Translations under genes and position numbers: made by a program | Source: the human T2T-CHM13v2.0 reference genome, Homo sapiens | Strand: one strand, 5' to 3' | Length of the DNA: 64,000 nt | Assembly: GCF_009914755.1 (NCBI RefSeq) | Contig: NC_060928.1 | In this document: one piece after another, positions 1 to 16,192 of the stretch | How positions within the stretch are numbered: position 1 is the stretch's first letter | Layout: each line of letters opens with the position of its first letter | The notes under the pieces: model-generated | Told to the model about the DNA's origin: nothing | The model's database searches: none | Seen by the model: only the letters and a program-made list of their open reading frames with translations

Positions 1-1170
1 AACAGCACAAAGATACTCCTCAAGAGCAACCCCAAGACACATAATCATCAGATTCATGAAGGTTGAAATGAAGGAAAAAATGTTAAGGGCAGCCAGAGAG
101 AAAGGTTGTGTTACCAACAAAGGGAAGCCTATCAGACTAACAGCAGATCTCTCTGCAGAAACCCTATAAGTCAGAAGAGAGTGGGGACCAATATTCAAAA
201 TTCTTAAAGAAAAGAATTTTTCACCCAGAATTTCATATCCAGCCAAACTAAGCTTCATAAGTGAAGGAGAAATAAATTCCTTTACAGACAAGCAAGTGCT
301 GAGGGATTTTGTCACCACCAGGCCTGCCTTTCAAGAGTTCCTCAAGGAAGCACTAAATATAGAACGGAAAAACTGGTACCAGTGACTGCAAAAACATACC
401 AAATTGTAAAGACCATCAACACTATGAAGAAACTGCATCAATTAATGGGCAAAATAACCAGCTAACATCATAATGACAGGATCAAATTCACACATAACAA
501 TATTAACCTGAAATGTAAACGGGCTAAATGCCCCAGTTAAAAGACACAGACTAGCAAATTGGATAAAGAGTCAAGACCCATCGGTGTGCTGTATTCAGGA
601 GACCCATCTCACATGAAAGATACACATAGGCTCAAAATAAAGAGATGGAGGAAGATCTGTCAAGCAAATGGAAAGCAAAAAAAGCAGGGGTTGCAATCCC
701 AGTCTCTGATAAAACAGACTTAAAACCAACAAAGATCAAAAAAGAGAAAGAAGAGTATTACATAATGGTAAAGAGATCAATTCAACAAGAAGAGCTAACT
801 ATCTAAAATCTATATGCACCCAATACAGGAGCATGCAGACTCATAAAGCAAGTCCTTAGAGACCTACAAGGAGACTTCAGACTCCCACACAATAATAGTG
901 GGAAACTTTTAACACCCCACTGTCAATATTAGACAGATCATTGACATCAACAAGGATATTCAGGACTTGAACTCAGCTCTGGACCAAGTGAACCTAACAG
1001 ACACCTACAGAACTCTCTACCCCAAAGCAATAGAATATACATTCTTCTCAGCACCACACAGCACTTATTCTAAAATTTATCACATAATTGGAAGTAAAAC
1101 ACTCCTCATCACATGCAAAAGAACGGAAATCATAACCAACAGTCTGTCAGACCACATTGCAATCAAATTA

Positions 1171-1490
<320 letters not shown>

Positions 1491-1513
1491 CTCACTCAAA
1501 ACTGCACAACTAT

Positions 1514-1992
<479 letters not shown>

Positions 1993-2235
1993 CTAAATGC
2001 CCACAGGAGAAAGTGGGAAAGATGTAAAATCGACACCCTAACATCACAATTAAAAGAACTAGAGAAGCAATAGCAAACAAGTTCAAAAAGCTAGCAGAAG
2101 ACAAGAAATAACTAATATCAGAGCAGAACTGAAGGAGATAGAGACAGGAAAAAACCCTTCAAACAAATCAACGAATCCAGGGCTGGTTTTTTGAAAAGTT
2201 TAACAGAATACATAGACCTCAAGCTAGACTAATAA

Positions 2236-2451
<216 letters not shown>

Positions 2452-3240
2452 TGAAATTGAGGCAATAATTAATAGCCTACCAACCAAAAAAGGTCCAGGA
2501 CCAGACAGATTCACAGCCGAATTCTACCAGAGGTACAAAGAGGAGCTGGTACCATTCCTTCTGAAACTATTCCAAACAATAGAAAAAGAGGAACTTCTCC
2601 CTAACTCATTTTATGAGGCCAGCATCATTCTAATACCAAAACCTGGCAGAGACACAACAAAAAAAGAAAATTTCAGGCCAATATCCCTGATCAACATCAA
2701 TGTGAATATCCTCAATAAACTACTGGCAAACTGAATCCAGCAGCATATCAAAAACCTTATCCACCATGATCAAGTCAGCTTCATCCCTGGGATGCAAGGC
2801 TGCTTCAACATATAGAAATCAATAAATGTAATCCATCACATAAATAGAACAAATGACGAAAACCACATGATTAACTCAATAGATGCAGTAAGGCCTTCGA
2901 TAAAATTCAACACCCCTTCATGCTAAAAACTCTCAATAAACTAGGTATTGATGGAATGTATCTCAAAATAATAAGAGCTATTTATGACAAACCCACAGCC
3001 AATATCATACTGAATGGGCAAAAGCTGGAAGCATTCCCTTTGAAAACCGGCACAAGACAAGGACGCACTCTCTCACCACTCCTATTCAACATAATATTGG
3101 AAGTTCTGGCCAGGGCAATCAGGCAAGAGAAAGAAATAAAGCGTATTCAAATAGGAAGAGAGGAAGTCAAATTGTCTCTGTTTGCAGATGACATGATTGT
3201 ATATTTAGATAAGCCCCTTGTCTCAGCCCAAAATCTCTGA

Positions 3241-3375
<135 letters not shown>

Positions 3376-6324
3376 TAAAATACCTAGGAATACAACTTAC
3401 AAAAGATGTGAAAAACCTCCTCAAGGAGAACTACAAACCACAAAGGAAATAAGAGAGTACACAAACAAATGGAAAAACATTTCATGCTCATGGATAGGAA
3501 GAATCAATATCATGAGAATGGCCATACTGCCCAAAGTAATATAGAGATTCAATGCTATCTCCATCAAGCTACCATTGACTTTCTTCACAGAATTAGAAAA
3601 AAAACTACTTTAAATTTCATATGGAACCCAAAAAAAAGCCTGTATAGCCAAGACAATCCTATGCAAAAAGAACAAAGCTGGAGGCATCACGTGACCTGAC
3701 TTTAAACTATACTACAAGGCTACAGTAGCCAAAACAGCATGGTACTGGTACCAAAACAGATATATAGACCAATGGAACAGAACAGAGGCCTCAGAAATAA
3801 TGCCACACATCTACAACCATCTGATCTTTGACATACCTGACAAAAACAAGCAACGGGGAAAGGATTCTGTATTTAATAAATGGTGCTGGGAAAACTGGCT
3901 AGCCATATGCAGAAAACTGAAACTGGACCACTTCCTTACACCTCTACTCAAGATGGATTAAAGACTTAAATGTAAGACCTAAAACTGTAAAAACCCCAGA
4001 AGAAAACCTAGGCAATACCCTTCAGGACATAGGCATGGGCAAAGACTTCATGACTAAAACACTGAAGGCAATTGCAACAAAAGCCAAAACTGACAAATGG
4101 GATCTAATTACACTAAAGAGCTTCTGCACAGCAAAAAAAAAAAAAGAAAAAAAAAAACTATCTTCAGAGTGAACAGGCAACCTACAGAATGGGAGAAAAA
4201 TTTTGCAATCTATCTGACAAAGGGCTAATATCCAGAAACTACAAAGACCTTAAACAAATTTATGAGAAAAACACAACCCCATCAAAAATTGGGCAAAGGA
4301 TATGAACAGACACTTCTCAAAAGAAGACATTTATGTAGCCAGCAAACATATGAAAAAAACTTCATCATCACTGGTCATTAGAGAAATGCAAATCAAAACC
4401 ACAATAAGATACCATCTCATGCCAGTTAGAATAGCGATGATTAAAAAGTCAGGAAACAACAGATGCTGGAGAGGATGTGGAGAAATAAGAATGCTTTTAC
4501 ACTGTTGATGGGAGTGTAAATTAGTTCAACCATTGTGCAAGACAGTGTGGTGATTCCTCAAGGATCTAGAACCAGAAATACCATTTGACCCAGCAATCCC
4601 ATTACTGGGTATATACGCAAAGGATTATAAATCATTCTACTATAAAGACACATGCACACATGTATTTATTGCAGCACTATTCACAATAGCAAAGACTTGG
4701 AACCAACCCAAATGCCCATAATGATAGACTGAATAAAGAAAATGTGGCATATATACACCATGGAATACTATGCAGCCATAAAAAAGAATGAGTTCATGTC
4801 CTTTGCAGGGACATGGATGAAGCTGGAAACCATCATTCTCAGCAAACTAACACAGGAACAGAAAACGAAACACTGCATGTTCTCACTCATAAGTGGGAGT
4901 TGAACAATGAGAACACATGGACACAGGGAGTGGAACATCACACACTGGGGCCTGTCAGGGTGTCAGGGGCTAGGGATGGGATAGCATTAGGAGAAATACC
5001 GAATGTAGATGATGGGTTGAAGGGTGCAGCAAACCACCATAGCACATGTATACTATGTAACAAACCTGCACGTTCTGCACATGTATCCCAGAACTTTAGT
5101 GAAAGATAAAATTTTTTAAAAAAAGCACCTGCTTTTAACAGTTTGTTCTTCACCAAGTCAAATATGTAGTTTGAAGTTCAGAACACTAAAAGATAGGTGA
5201 CATGGTGAAATCACAGTCTAAAAAGGGAGATAAAGTCAGGAGAAGAAAATGTGAATGCAACTATAATTATTAGTCTTCTAACACTCTCTCCCCTCCCAGC
5301 CTCCAGGTGGACTTACAATAAGAGCATGGGCTCTGCAGCTAGGAGAGTTCACTTTCTCTCATATGATATTAACACCTTTTCAATTACCATGAGGCTCCCC
5401 AAATTGACCCCATATATACCTAAGGTTAATAACTGGGAAATCTATGTAAATGATATTAATTGTCTCATTATTATATTAATTATACTATAGCCATATCATT
5501 ACTATAGTAATCAGACAATTCACTCTACATTTCTGTTATGTTTAAAATTTCACAAAAAGTAACATATTTTAAATGTATTGCTTCAATTATTTAGATAAAT
5601 AAACTAGGAAGTCAATAGCTGTGCCTTCACAGTCTATTTTCCCTAGATATCCTAACAAGCAACATAGGGCAATGGCTGCCTGAAGGTAAAGAATAGAGTG
5701 GAACAAAACACCTTACTGGTAAGATAAAATCAAACAGAACCAAAGCAAAGAAAACCCAATCACTCATAAAGCGGAAATAAGTAGTGAATGGTGGCATCTC
5801 AGAGTTACTCTTCCAAACAAAATACAGTAAAACACCCTGAACAGAAAGGACTGTCAGAAAGCATAATATGAAGTATACACCATTAGAACATCTCATTCTT
5901 CATTGCTTCTAAGTAAGGGATATCACAGGGGATTACACTATAGCCATTACAATGCAAAAAGCTCATTTTCACCCAAAGCTTCAAATATCTTCTCAGCAAA
6001 TCTTCCAAACATATTAATCAATTGTAAAGTTCATTCATTCATGTCATTTTTTTCTTCACGATCCTCTCCAACCCACAAGAGGAGGAGTTACTTTGTCTCT
6101 CTTGCCCACAATTGTATCTCTAGAACCTAAAAGACAGCTTAGCATACAAAAGTCTGTAAACATTTGGCAGAAGAAAAAGAGGCAGAGAAGGGAGGGAATG
6201 AGAGACAAAACTATTAAAAGAAAGGCTATTAAAAAAAACAGACACTACATAAATGAGAAATAAATCCTAATTTGACCAAATATAATTTTGGAAGCCAAAT
6301 TATAGGAAACTGAAACATATAGAG

Positions 6325-6800
6325 CAGGGGTCCCCAACTTCTGGGGAACCAGGATGCACAGCAGGCAAGTGAGCAAAGCTTCATCGGTATTTACAGCCGC
6401 TCCCCAATGCTTGCATTACCACCTGAGCTCCACCTGTCAGGTCAGTGGCGGCATTAGATTCTCATAGGAGCATGAACCCTATTGTGAACTGCATGTACGA
6501 GGATCTAAATTGTGTGTTCCTTATGAGAATCTAATGCCTGATGATGTGTCACCGTTTCCCATCACCCCCAAATGGGACCATCTAGTTGCAGGAAAACAAG
6601 CTTAGGGCTCCCACTGATTCTATATTATGATGAGTTGTATAATTATTTCATTATATATTACAATGAAATAATAATAGAAATAAAGTGTACAATAAATGTA
6701 ATGCACTTGAATTATCCCAAAACCATCCCCCCTACCCTGGTCCATAGAAAAACTGTCTTCCATAAAACTGGTCCCTGGTGGCAAAAGTTGGGGACTGCTG
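6325..6800 (+). mobile_element. MER1A-like hAT-Charlie DNA transposon
   Basis: TIRs CAGGGGTCCCCAAC...GTTGGGGACTGCTG; 8-bp TSD atatagag/atacagag. Confidence 0.85.
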
Positions 6801-7247
6801 ATACAGAGCAAGAATCCTTGGACTCTCATCACTTATCAATCCCAGAAATATACCTCAATAGCAATGGAACAAAGTCCCTTGGAGGAAGAGTGACTAAAAG
6901 GAGGAAGAGAAAAAGAGGAAGAAGAAAAGTTAGTGCAGACACGGAATGAGACGTGACTTAAACCATGAGGTGGGGGAGGAGCATAAGGAAAGGCCAGGTG
7001 ATGAACACTTTCACGTACAACACCACATTGCCTCACTTCAGGTGCAGAATTCAACCAATGTGAAGATTTTTTTTCCAGGTTAATTTCCACGTTCATATTA
7101 TGTAACAAGCCACTTTTCTCATTGTTATGGAAAGCAACCATTTTTGACCATACACATTACAGGAAACTTCTGAATCAGAGTCATTTTATCCACACAGGGA
7201 AAGTCCTACTTATGCTGATCATGATGCTTTCAGTTTTTCCACATTAC

Positions 7248-7400
7248 CTTGGAGTCTGCCACTTTATCCAGACCTAACTCTTGAATGACCCTGTTAATCC
7301 GTTCGTTTTTTTCATGATTCGTCATAGTTGTTGCAAGCCGAAGAGCTGCTGAGAACTGTAAGTTTTCTCTCACCGTCAGAGTGCCCATCACAACATCATC
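7248..7400 (-). CDS. ABCG2: ABCG2 exon 5 (153 nt, c.379-531)
   Basis: ccttaag|GATGATGTTG...TCCAAG|gtaatg; DDVVMGTLTVRENLQFSAALRLATTMTNHEKNERINRVIQELGLDKVADSK. Confidence 0.97.
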
Positions 7401-7989
7401 CTTAAGGCAAATAGCATTTTAATGAGACATAATGATAATGAGTCTTTTCTAAGACCATGACTGTTTAGTATACATAACATAATCCACAAAGATAACATAA
7501 CTAAGGTAAAGTTCTAGCTAATGATGAACCTGCAGTTCTGCAAATGACAGTTAACTCCATAGATGTCTGCAAAGCCTGCTATAATCATTTTTCACCCCCT
7601 ATCTGTACACCCAAATAGAATGCAAGTAATTATGTTAACTACCAGCAGACATTTCCAAACTGCTTCATACAAGGATTTGCCAAAATATCTTTCTAAGCTA
7701 GGGGAAAAGAAAGGTGAAGGAAAGGCAAAAAAGGATAACAGTAGTATGTATCATTTTAGAAATGATACAAAAACTAGAATTGGTATCACTGTCCTTACAA
7801 GGGCCATATTCCAGATTCTCCCTGCCTTTTCACATAAGTGTCTATGAGAAATTAAGAAAAGCTGCTGTAAAGAACGTCAGTTCTAGGACCATGTCACATA
7901 ATCAACTGGAAGCACATTGAACTATCAGCCAAAGCACTTACCCATATAGAAACAGAGGAAACAGAAAATGCAAACCCACTAATACTTAC

Positions 7990-8104
7990 TTGTACCACGT
8001 AACCTGAATTACATTTGAAATTGGCAGGTCGCGGTGCTCCATTTATCAGAACATCTCCAGATAATCCACTTGGATCTTTCCTTGCAGCTAAGACATCTAA
8101 TAAC
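7990..8104 (-). CDS. ABCG2: ABCG2 exon 4 (115 nt, c.264-378), Q-loop
   Basis: cttatag|GTTATTAGATG...GTACAA|gtaagt; LLDVLAARKDPSGLSGDVLINGAPRPANFKCNSGYVVQ. Confidence 0.97.
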
Positions 8105-8165
8105 CTATAAGAGGACATATATGTTGTGGGTCTAATAACCTATAAGAGAATATATATGTTGTGGG
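8096..8165. repeat. 35-bp tandem duplication spanning the exon 4 acceptor
   Basis: tctaataacctataagaggacatatatgttgtggg / tctaataacctataagagaatatatatgttgtggg, 33/35 identical. Confidence 0.95.
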
Positions 8166-8762
8166 GTTTTTTTCCCTCCAACACATGCTATATATCTCAT
8201 GGCTACTTTGAATCCAAATTCTACTTTAGTTAGAAAATTAACTGGTCAAGAAATTCTATGGTTTAACTAAAATTATGCTTTTAAAAATTCTCACCTTTCT
8301 CTTTTCATTGTACATTACAATAAAGCCCCAAAACATAAAGCAAGACACCATTGGCTGATCAAGTACAGATCTCCCAAATGGCCCTTCCAGCTGTCTGACC
8401 TTGGAGGTACTAACACAGGCAATGTGCTCTTTTATCTAAGACTCATGCCTTTACTTACATCTTCTGCTTCCTTTCCCTACTTTTAATATTCTCCCATTCT
8501 TTTTCCTCCCTATTAGCTGATAACATGGTCAACTGCTACATGTCAATCACCTTATCAAATCCTATTAGTAAAGCTAACCTAATAAGACTACCTGGTCTTT
8601 GGGAAAAAACCACGCAACTACAGTTATCCACAGCACCTAGAACCAGACCTGACATGCGTTGCAAATGCTCAATAAATACCTGCTCGCACACAAAAAAAAG
8701 TGGCTTTTAAAAGCACATTAAAAGTGCACAGAAAACGCTTACTTATACTCTCTTATACTCAC

Positions 8763-8822
8763 GAAGATTTGCCTCCACCTGTGGGTCCCAGGATGGCGTT
8801 GAGACCAGGTTTCATGATCCCA
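8763..8822 (-). CDS. ABCG2: ABCG2 exon 3 (60 nt, c.204-263), Walker A
   Basis: tttacag|TGGGATCATG...AAATCTTC|gtgagt; encodes GIMKPGLNAILGPTGGGKS (P-loop GxxGxGKS), in phase with exon 2. Confidence 0.97.
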
Positions 8823-8976
8823 CTGTAAACACAAAAACAGACTGATTTACTATTCCATTTTAAGTCAGGTTCTATTAATTTAGGGTAGGCACTGAATATA
8901 CTCAATGAAGGTTGATGAAATTACAAATAGAACACAAGCACAAACCAACTCTTAAAGAAAACAAACAAACAAAACA

Positions 8977-9110
8977 GGTCATGCATGGTGGCTCAGGCCT
9001 GTAATCCCAGCACTCTGGGAGACCAAAGCAGGATTGCCTGAGGCCAGGAGTTTGAGACCAGCCTGGGCAACATAGGGAGACACTGTCTCTACTTAAAGAA
9101 AAAAAAAAAA
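8977..9110 (+). mobile_element. Alu left monomer (FLAM-like)
   Basis: Left-arm sequence followed directly by an A tail. Confidence 0.75.
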
Positions 9111-9853
9111 GATTGTTGATTTGATGTGTAATATATAATGGATGTTAATCACTGGTCAAGTCCTACAAGAAAAATGGCATAGATTCCTCTAAATTCCTTT
9201 CACTTATTCTCTAACCCATTTATATTTTCTGGAAAATGACATTCAACATTTAACGTTCCTTGAAATAACTAACAGATTCTTGTGAAACATCTCCGTTACA
9301 CTTACTGCTCTTAACACAGTGTGAAACGAAATACATGGCGTGTTCTGAGTACTGTTTGATGATCAGTACTGTATCTTCAAGTGGTCACATTTGCTACCTA
9401 GTCAAATTCTACACAATTAATAAGTCGCTAATTTGTGGAATACCGGTAGAAGTATTCTCACTGCTAAAATCTAATCAGCCCAAGAAACATCTAAGTAGAA
9501 ATCGAGGCTGGGATAAAGCACTTCAGGATAAAAAGAAAACATGACCAAAAGAAAAAAAAAGCCTTAATCCATTTAGAAAAGTAAAAGATATATCCTCAAG
9601 ATATATCATTTTCTTCCTTGTTAAGAGTCAGATAAATACACTGGAAAATTCCAAGTTTAGAAGGAGAAGACATCACTTTGGTAGGGTCATCCTTTAAGAA
9701 TATGAAGACGTGGTACATACATAAGCACGTTTCAAACAAAGTGGATGTCTGAGGGTAGTGAATATTCAGATAGAGAAGGAAGGTGGAAAAAATTATGGCA
9801 GTGTTGACTGTGCTGAGACCCAAGAAGACAGCAAATAGTTTGATTTTCTCCTA

Positions 9854-10243
<390 letters not shown>

Positions 10244-11147
10244 TCAAAACACAGGTATCTATGCCCATTCTCTCCTTAGAATTGATAAGTAAGTTACAAT
10301 ATATTCCACAGAGAAAGTAATATCTATTCCAAATGGAAGGTCAAAGCCAAAGACTATTTCATTCTCAAATAATGATTAGCACAGAGGCCAATCCTATGAT
10401 CCTATACAATTATGAGTGATAAGCAACTGCACCACAGTGCTTAAACCCAAGACTCCCTGAGCATTTACTGCCTGTTGTACTTGAACTATCACAATTGTAC
10501 AATGGCTGGTGGGTACAAGGGTGAAATGTAGCTTTCACTTTGCTCATTAACTGGGGTATCTCTCAGTGAAACGCTGCACAAAGACAATGGGAGTTAGGTA
10601 AACCAGGAGCAAGATCTAACAGAAAAATCTCTTACTCTTTCAGTGGACTCTTCCCTCTAAATGTGTAAAACAACATACTAATGATTGGGCAAATTTTCAA
10701 GGTGCATTTATCTATAGCTCTTGATGCATCTTCTTTATAAACAGCTCCCTAATAACTGCCTCTAAAATCACCATAAGCTTGTTATTCACTAAGGCTCCAC
10801 TGTCAGAAAAGCTTTCCAGGTTTCTAAAATACCTACTCAAATAAAGACCAAGCAATCCTAAATGATTAACCCAAACCTCAACATGAATGTTCTAAGACAA
10901 AGAGCTTGGCTTACTACTTTGGGATGAAACCCTGGCATTACAGAAAACAACAACAATGTCCAGTCATAAATGCCAAGAGTTTCCATTTGGAGCAGTGGCT
11001 AATTCCAACTCCATCCACTCAACACAATGATCAAGTATTTACTGTGTACATACAAGATATTCTTCTAGGGCATGGGAGAGTTGAGAACAAAACAAACAAA
11101 CAAACGAAAAACAAAGTCTGAGCCCTTGTGGAGTTTACATTCTAGTC

Positions 11148-11336
11148 CAGGGATCAGCAGTTTTCTTAGACAAAGGGTTGTTGGAACAGGGCCGTGCTCA
11201 TTCCCTTACATATTACCTAGGGCTGCTTTCATGCTACACCACAGCTGAGTAGCTGCAACACAGACGCATGGCCCACAAAGCTGAAAATGTTTATTAATAC
11301 TATCTGCCCTTTATGGAAACAGCCTGCTGACCTCTG
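11148..11336. mobile_element. MER58A-like hAT-Charlie element
   Basis: TIRs CAGGGATCAGCA...TGCTGACCTCTG; perfect 8-bp TSD ttctagtc. Confidence 0.8.
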
Positions 11337-12654
11337 TTCTAGTCTATGGTCTACAATTCACTGGCCTGCCCACCCCACCCTCCACCCTTCTATCATCCCT
11401 GAAACTGCATTCCCCACCCTTATTTATTGCTTTACAGCATTTGCATGCAGGTCAGTGTCCCTCACTATAAAAGTCTGTCAACAAGAACAGCATGCCACAT
11501 TGCTACCACCTCTCACACCCTCCTGCCCATGACATACAGCACAGTTGTTGTAAACCACTGAACATGAACCTGGAACACAGGGAATAAAATTTACCCCAAA
11601 ATTTCCTGTCACCTCTATTACATTTTAGTGGATAATGATTAATCCCTTGGTCTTGTTTTGTTTATGGACAAGAGAGGTCAATGCTCACCTCCCTCCCACC
11701 CTCCCATCCCTACACACACAAAATCTTCACTTTCTCAATCACCACGCCCGGGCCCTCCAATTTAGGGTTGGGGCTCCCATTGGGTCTTCTAATCAATCCT
11801 TTTATCAGCGTGAAAGTGTGTTCTGAATCCCCCACTAGGCTTTAAGGCTTCCCTGAACTGAGGATTTACCTGTGTCACTAGCATCTTGCACAATGTCCTG
11901 CACTAGCAGGCATTCAAAATTTGTTGAATAAATAAATTTCTGCATTTTTATAAATGGGATTACTTCTAAAAAGACAAGGAAAAATGTTTTCACCTTTTAA
12001 AAAACGTTGAGAAGAGATAGCTGGAGGGTGGGGAGATTGTTTATATTATGGAATAGGAAAATTAGGAAGTATATCCTTAACGTACATCCTTAATGTACTT
12101 GCTGATTTTCTTATTCCATAATATAAACAATCTCCCACCCTCTCTAGCCAATTAGAGCTAGATTTGTCACTTTTTGAAATTTTACTAACATGGAAATATA
12201 GACAGAATCTTGAGGGTTCAGATGAGAATTGGAGAAATTAATGAGAAGCCATAGGTTTTAATCCATATACAAAGACAGCTATAGAAACATAAAGATGGAA
12301 ACTCCCAGGGTGCTGCGGGAATGGTCACCACTGCTCCCCCAGCTCTTCTCCCGCCCGCTTTGGCCAGATCTGTATGCACCTGCACGTGGGAGGTAGTTTT
12401 TTAAAAAGTTATGCATGTATGTGTATGCGTATGTGTGTAGACGTATACACATACATATCTTCTCTAGGTCTCACTCCACTGAGAAAGCCTAGAAACAATG
12501 ACATCCCAATAGCAATGAGCATTTTAAACACCTAGATTTTGGTTTTGTAAATATCTCCTCCATAAAAATCAACAGCTGATTCTAGGTCTGAGGCAGGGTA
12601 AGTACACAGTGAGTCTGGAACTGCTCGCTGTGCCAAGCAAATATTCAAAGAATG

Positions 12655-13200
12655 AGGCAAGGTGGGAGAAACACTTGAGCCCAGGAGTTTGAGATGTGCC
12701 TGGGAAACATAGTGAAACCCTATCTCTACAAAAAACTTAAAAGTTAGCTGGAAGTGGTGGCATGTGCCGGTGGTCCCAGCTACTCAGGAGGCTGAGGTGA
12801 TAGGATCACTTGAGCCCAAGAGATTGAGGCTGCAGTGAGCTATGATCATGCCACTGCACTCCAGCCTGGGCAACAACGTAAGACCTTGTCTCTAATAAAA
12901 TTTGTTTAATTACAAAAAGAGGCTGGGCACGGTGGCTTATGCCTGTAATCCCTACATTTTGGGAGGCCAAGGCAGGTGGATCACCTGAGGTCAGGAGTTT
13001 GAGACCAGCCTGGCCAATATGATGAAACCCCGTCTTTACTAAGATACAAAAAATTAGCTGGGCATGGTGGTGGGCACCTGTAGTCCCAGCTAGGAGGCTG
13101 AGGCAGGAGAATCTCTTGAACCCAGGAGCCGGAAGTTGCAGTGAGCCAAGATCATGCCACTGCACTCCAGCCTGGGCAACAAGAGCAAACCTCCATCTCA
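12655..13200 (+). mobile_element. Two tandem Alus (partial AluJ 12655-12900; AluS 12920-13200)
   Basis: Alu consensus matches. Confidence 0.85.
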
Positions 13201-13259
13201 ATAAAATAAAATAAAATAAAATAAAATAAAATAAAATAAAATAAAATAAAATAAAATAA
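13199..13259 (+). repeat. (AAAAT)n microsatellite derived from an Alu tail
   Basis: About 12 pure AAAAT units. Confidence 0.95.
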
Positions 13260-13816
13260 GAATGAGGAGATATATCCAAAGAATGAGAGACGGAGAGAGG
13301 GAAGAACCCACCTTGAAAGATCTCCCACCAAATCAGGAACAATAAGAGTATGAAGGTAAAACATAATAATGCGTTAATTGAATAAAATACAAATCCCTGA
13401 CTCTATACTGGTGATAGATGAAGGTTTTTCCTTTTAGTAAAACAAACTAAGAGATAATGATAATAGAAAATCACTGTTTGGCGACTATGATAGTGGTGGC
13501 TGACTCAGGCAGGAGTCATCCAGTGGGGACTGAAGTTGGTGAAGTTTAATGTAGAATGGAGTTCTGGAATAATGTCAGTTTATCTCTCCTCATAACACTA
13601 ATCAATTACCAAGGGGAAAGGGTGACATTATAGCCAAGTTTGGCAGACATCAACATGACCAAGTGATCAATTTTAACATCACCAGGGGTGGGATGAGATA
13701 AGAAAATACCACGTTGAATGAGACTGAAGAGACAGGATATGGTGGCAGTCAAATATGTGAGGGGCATGGTTGACCCAAGGCCCTGAGGACCTACCACGAC
13801 CTTCATTACAAGGCTA

Positions 13817-14362
<546 letters not shown>

Positions 14363-15064
14363 TTGAAATCATTTCAAAATAAGTTATTAATTAAAAATGT
14401 TCCAAGAGTATAATGAATTTCTCTTAAAATAACAGGACATCCACATATCTATGGGAATGAATTTTTTTTTCCATAAGATCTTCAGCGTTGGTGAGGGAAA
14501 GCTCAAATGCTGGGTATGGAGACAAACAAGCATAAGAGAAAGATTTGTCCTAAGTCAGAAGAATCACAACTTTTTAAATTCTCATGGTCAGACTGTTTTT
14601 ATCTTCTTCCCCCTGCAGAGGAAATCAGGTTATAGTGACTTAGTTCTAGAAGTGAAATTACAAAATGTCCAGAGGAAAAACCAAAATCAAAATTCTCATC
14701 AGCTTTTTTGGAATGTAGATGACTATCTGAATGGTGATGCTGCTATCAAACACAAATCAAAAGTAAGATAAATGACAGCAGCCCTTCCTCTACCTCCAGA
14801 AACTGTATTTAGAGTTGGAGCCAGCAGATAGGAGAAAGACTGGAAATACTACAGCCAAAAAGGCCTTTCTCATGGATACTTAAACAGGAAATGCCAGCAG
14901 CAAAAACACCAACCCCTGATGACCTTTCCACTAAAATGTGAAAGAATTGCAAGATCTGACTGCATTTTTATGAGCCTAGTAAGGAACACAGTTCTATTCA
15001 TGCAGTAAAGATGAACTCATCTATTGCTGAAATGCATGCCATTTGACCATAAAAAAAAATGCGT

Positions 15065-15393
<329 letters not shown>

Positions 15394-15454
15394 TTACTCA
15401 TCTACTAACTTTAAAAGATAAAATAAGCAAAATAAATGCACCCTCACAAAGTAC

Positions 15455-15750
15455 GCTTTTTCTTTTTCTTTTAAGATAGGCTCTCACTTTGCCACCTATT
15501 TGTACAGTGGGACAATCATCGCCCACTGCAGACTTGATATCCCAGATTCAAGCCATACTCCTGCCTCAGCCTCCCAAGTAGCTGGGATCACAGGTACACA
15601 CCACCACGCCCAGCTAATTTTTTGTATTTTCAGTAGAGACAGGGTTTCACTATGTCGGCCAGGATGTTCTCGATCTCTTGACTTCATGATCTGCCTGCCT
15701 CGGCCTCCCAAAGTGCTGGGATTACAGGCATGAGCCACCATATCCAGCCA
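15455..15750 (-). mobile_element. Alu (minus strand)
   Basis: T-rich tail followed by reverse-complement Alu. Confidence 0.85.
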
Positions 15751-15989
15751 CATGTGGTGCATTTTTTAAAAAAGTCTGGCAGTTACTTTGAGAGTTAAAC
15801 ATATACCTAAAATGTGGCCCAATTATTTCACTCCTAGTTTAGCTAAAACAAATGAAAGCATGTGTCTGTATATCTGTGCAAAGACTTGTACAAAAATGTT
15901 CATAGCCAGTTTCTTGGAAATAGCCAAAACCTGTGAGGTTCACTGTAGGTAAATTAAAAAGCTGTCTTTTTACAAGTTCATGTACATAC

Positions 15990-16192
15990 TTGATATTCGA
16001 TAATATTTCTTTCTCAACTGGTTTTCGACAAGGTAGAAAGCCACTCTTCAGTTTTACTCGATAGCAGATGTTATGAAAACTTAACACAGCTCCTTCAGTA
16101 AATGCCTTCAGGTCATTGGAAGCTGTCGCGGGGAAGCCATTGGTGTTTCCTTGTGACACTGGGATAAAAACTTCGACATTACTGGAAGACAT
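15990..16192 (-). CDS. ABCG2: ABCG2 exon 2 coding part (c.1-203); full exon 15990-16211 including 19 nt of 5'UTR
   Basis: ATG at 16192-16190; MSSSNVEVFIPVSQGNTNGFPATASNDLKAFTEGAVLSFHNICYRVKLKSGFLPCRKPVEKEILSNI; acceptor ctgcag|AAAG at 16212/16211; donor AA|gtatgt at 15990/15989. Confidence 0.98.
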
